From the human T2T-CHM13v2.0 reference genome, Homo sapiens, in assembly GCF_009914755.1 (NCBI RefSeq), contig NC_060931.1: a stretch of 64,000 nt of DNA. One strand, 5' to 3'. Position numbers and translations under genes: made by a program. Below, piece after piece: positions 61,200 to 64,000 of this stretch. Position 1 is the stretch's first letter. Every line of letters starts with the position of its first letter. The notes under the pieces are model-generated. The model searched no databases. It saw only the letters and a program-made list of their open reading frames with translations, and was not told the DNA's origin.

Positions 61200-61945
61200 C
61201 CATCATTCTTCCCCTGGCATATCAGGATTACTCTTCACAGGTCTCTCTGTCCTGTCTCACTCCCATGTTCCATCAAAATGATTTCTCTAAAAGGCATACA
61301 TGATCATGTCAATCCCTGTGAAATCTACTTACATGGCTCCCATCAGATTCTAGAGAAATACAAACTTCTTAGCATCAGTTAGAAGGTTTGGGAAAATCTG
61401 ACCCCTACTTGCTCTCCCTGTACACATTTACCATCCTTTGTGAACCAGCAATGCCATCACTCTCAAGCACTAGTGGCTGAGCCACCCTCACTCTCACCTC
61501 TAAGCACATGCTCTGCTTTCAATACAGCAGGCCCCAGACTTTTGCTCTCCTCCCACCCATCCTTCTTCTCTACTAGGCTAACTTCTATGTGCTCTTCAAG
61601 GCAAGGCTCAATGTAGTCTCTGTCTAACACCAAACATTGAGAGAAATCACTTACTATGCTAGGCCTAATGATACCATCAGACATGGCCCAGTCCTCAAAG
61701 ACTTCCCTCACTGCCCCTCCCTCTCTCACTGCCCACTCGCTGCCCACTCACTGCCCCTGCCCCATGTTTGGACAGATGTCCTCCCTCTGTGGCATCAGAG
61801 CAGTTCATACATCCCTTTACCTCAGCACTTGACCATCTCCCCAAGTTGTCCATGTGGGACACCGCTTTTAATCTTTATATCCCAAGTGCCTGCCACAGTG
61901 TCTGACATATCACAGATTCTCAAGAAATATTTTCTGAATACATAG
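61200..61945 (+). mobile_element. L2 fragments (further L2 at about 60530-61000)
   Basis: tgatcatgtca..tggctccca..caaacttcttagcat..cccaagtgcctgccacagtgtctgacata..aaatattttctgaat. Confidence 0.55.
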
Positions 61946-61976
61946 AAACGGTAAAGACTGTAAAAAAGAAAAGAAG

Positions 61977-62325
<349 letters not shown>

Positions 62326-63729
62326 TCAGGAGCAGGACTGGAGAAAAAACAGAAATTATAACACATATTTCACATTAACTAAATACAATAGAATATTCCA
62401 CAGTATAAAGTTGTTCAGAATAGGTCATAACTGGTCTAAAATATAGAAAAACAAATCTATGTTTTGACATATCCAAATGGTGTTCTTTTTCCCATGCAAG
62501 ACTCTACATTTTTAAGCTGAATACTGAGACAAAAATCATCAAGCCAGAGAAATCACAAGGTTGGGGAGAATAAGAGAGTCCCAGGAAAATCACAGAGTGC
62601 CCAAGGAGACTCAATAGCGTGACTCAGGAGCTGCCACTCCCCTCTGGTCAGGCATAAAGCAGGGATCCGGTGTATGGAAAATGACAAGTCTGCAGGAGTC
62701 TGCCTGGCCAAAAAGGAAAACAAAGTCCTAGCCACAGTCCTGTGGGAAGGGAAACAAATCAAGCAAAATAAGGTTTCAGCGTTATAGAGCCTTAATAACA
62801 GGAATCATGGTCAAATGCCTCCTGATTCCTCAAAACCCCTCTTCAAAAATGAGTCAATGTCTAGGCCACATATTACTTGACAATTTTATAAGTTGCTACC
62901 TTAACGTCCTACCTTGGGTGAATATGCCATAGAACAATATTCTTGCAATCTAACATTCTAGCATAGTTCTCCCAGTTGGCTGCCCAGTGGCACCAGGAGA
63001 TTTAATAAATACTGTTACCCAGAGATTCTGAGTTAACTGTTTTGAAGTATGGTGTGGGTATTGAGATTTTGTAAAGCTCACCAAGCAATTCTAATGTCTA
63101 GCCAATAATTTGCATTAGAAATGTGCCTTAGTAAAATGTGTAAAATTCAGGGCTTAGAGTAACACTATTCATATCATTATGGTGTCAATGTACAGTTTGA
63201 AGAAAGCCAACAGTATCTTACATAATGTCTCTGGTAGTAACACAAAATAACCTATCCTCTCACTCACTAATCCTAAAACCATCCCAAACATGTATTCTCT
63301 GGACCTTTCTATGCAACTTCAAACACTATGACTATACAGTGGTCTTTGCTTTTTTTTTTTTTTTTTTTTTTTAACATAGAACACTGGCATATTATACTGC
63401 TACACATTGTAATTGGCATTTTCTTTGAGAACATGTAAACATCATCTAGAGTTGCAACTATTAGAAATCCATTGATCTAAAATCAACCAGCAAGAAGAAA
63501 ATTATTTACAGAATTCCTGTTTTGCAACAGACACTGTGTTAGGCTCTACGGAGGTATATAAAAGAAATAGAGAACATAGTCCTTGCCCTGATATGACTTG
63601 AGCTGGGAAGAGAAAACTGGAATAAACTAACATCTTAAATAAAGCAGCTAGAAAAGAAGTAAGTGCTACTTGGGTGGTACTGATAAAAAATACAATATAA
63701 GAGTGAAAAGTTATTAATAAGGACAATTA

Positions 63730-63883
63730 TAATAATCACAACTAATGCTTATTAGGCACTTACTATGACCTGGCACTACTCTAAGTGCTTCATAAATATT
63801 AACTTATTTAAGGCCCTTCACAACCCTATGAGGTAGGAGTGTTACATTCTTCATTTTACTAATTAAGACACTGAGAAAATAGA
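63730..63883 (-). mobile_element. MIR SINE
   Basis: gcacttactatg..ctaagtgctt..cacaaccctatgaggtagg..cattttac. Confidence 0.75.
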
Positions 63884-63884
63884 G

Positions 63885-64000
63885 TGATATGGTTTGATAC
63901 TATGTCCCCACCCAAATGTCATGCTGAATTATAATTCCCAGTGTTGGGGGACAAACCTGGTGGGAGGTGACTGTATCATAGAGGTGGATTTCCCTCTTGC
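63885..64000 (+). mobile_element. MaLR LTR start (MSTA/THE1-like), runs off the window
   Basis: tgatatggtttg..tgtccccacccaaat..cccagtgttggg..ctggtgggaggtga. Confidence 0.8.

Overview
Primate (very probably human) AT-rich, CpG-poor genomic DNA with no CpG island, RNA gene or complete protein-coding gene. It reads as one very long intron of a minus-strand gene that I could not name. One well-supported 71-nt exon lies at 926-996 (-), and a weaker frame-compatible 87-nt exon candidate lies at 45598-45684 (-). Much of the window is interspersed repeats: dead L1s (L1PA7 3.9 kb, L1PA6, L1PA4, L1PA13/16, L1MA/MB/MC/ME, HAL1), about 12 Alus/FLAM, MIR, L2, a CR1/L3 fossil, MaLR/ERV LTRs and hAT/Tc MITEs. 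Subfamily names are recalled from consensus sequences, not computed. Nearly all ORFs in the track are L1/Alu-derived or chance. I found no new multi-gene system. The best oddities are an L1 flanked by a ~74-bp target-site duplication and carrying two internal deletions, a possible spliced small ORF across a 44.6-kb intron, a tandem repeat built of branch-point, AG|GT and IRF motifs, and several repeat-free, motif-dense blocks that look like enhancers.
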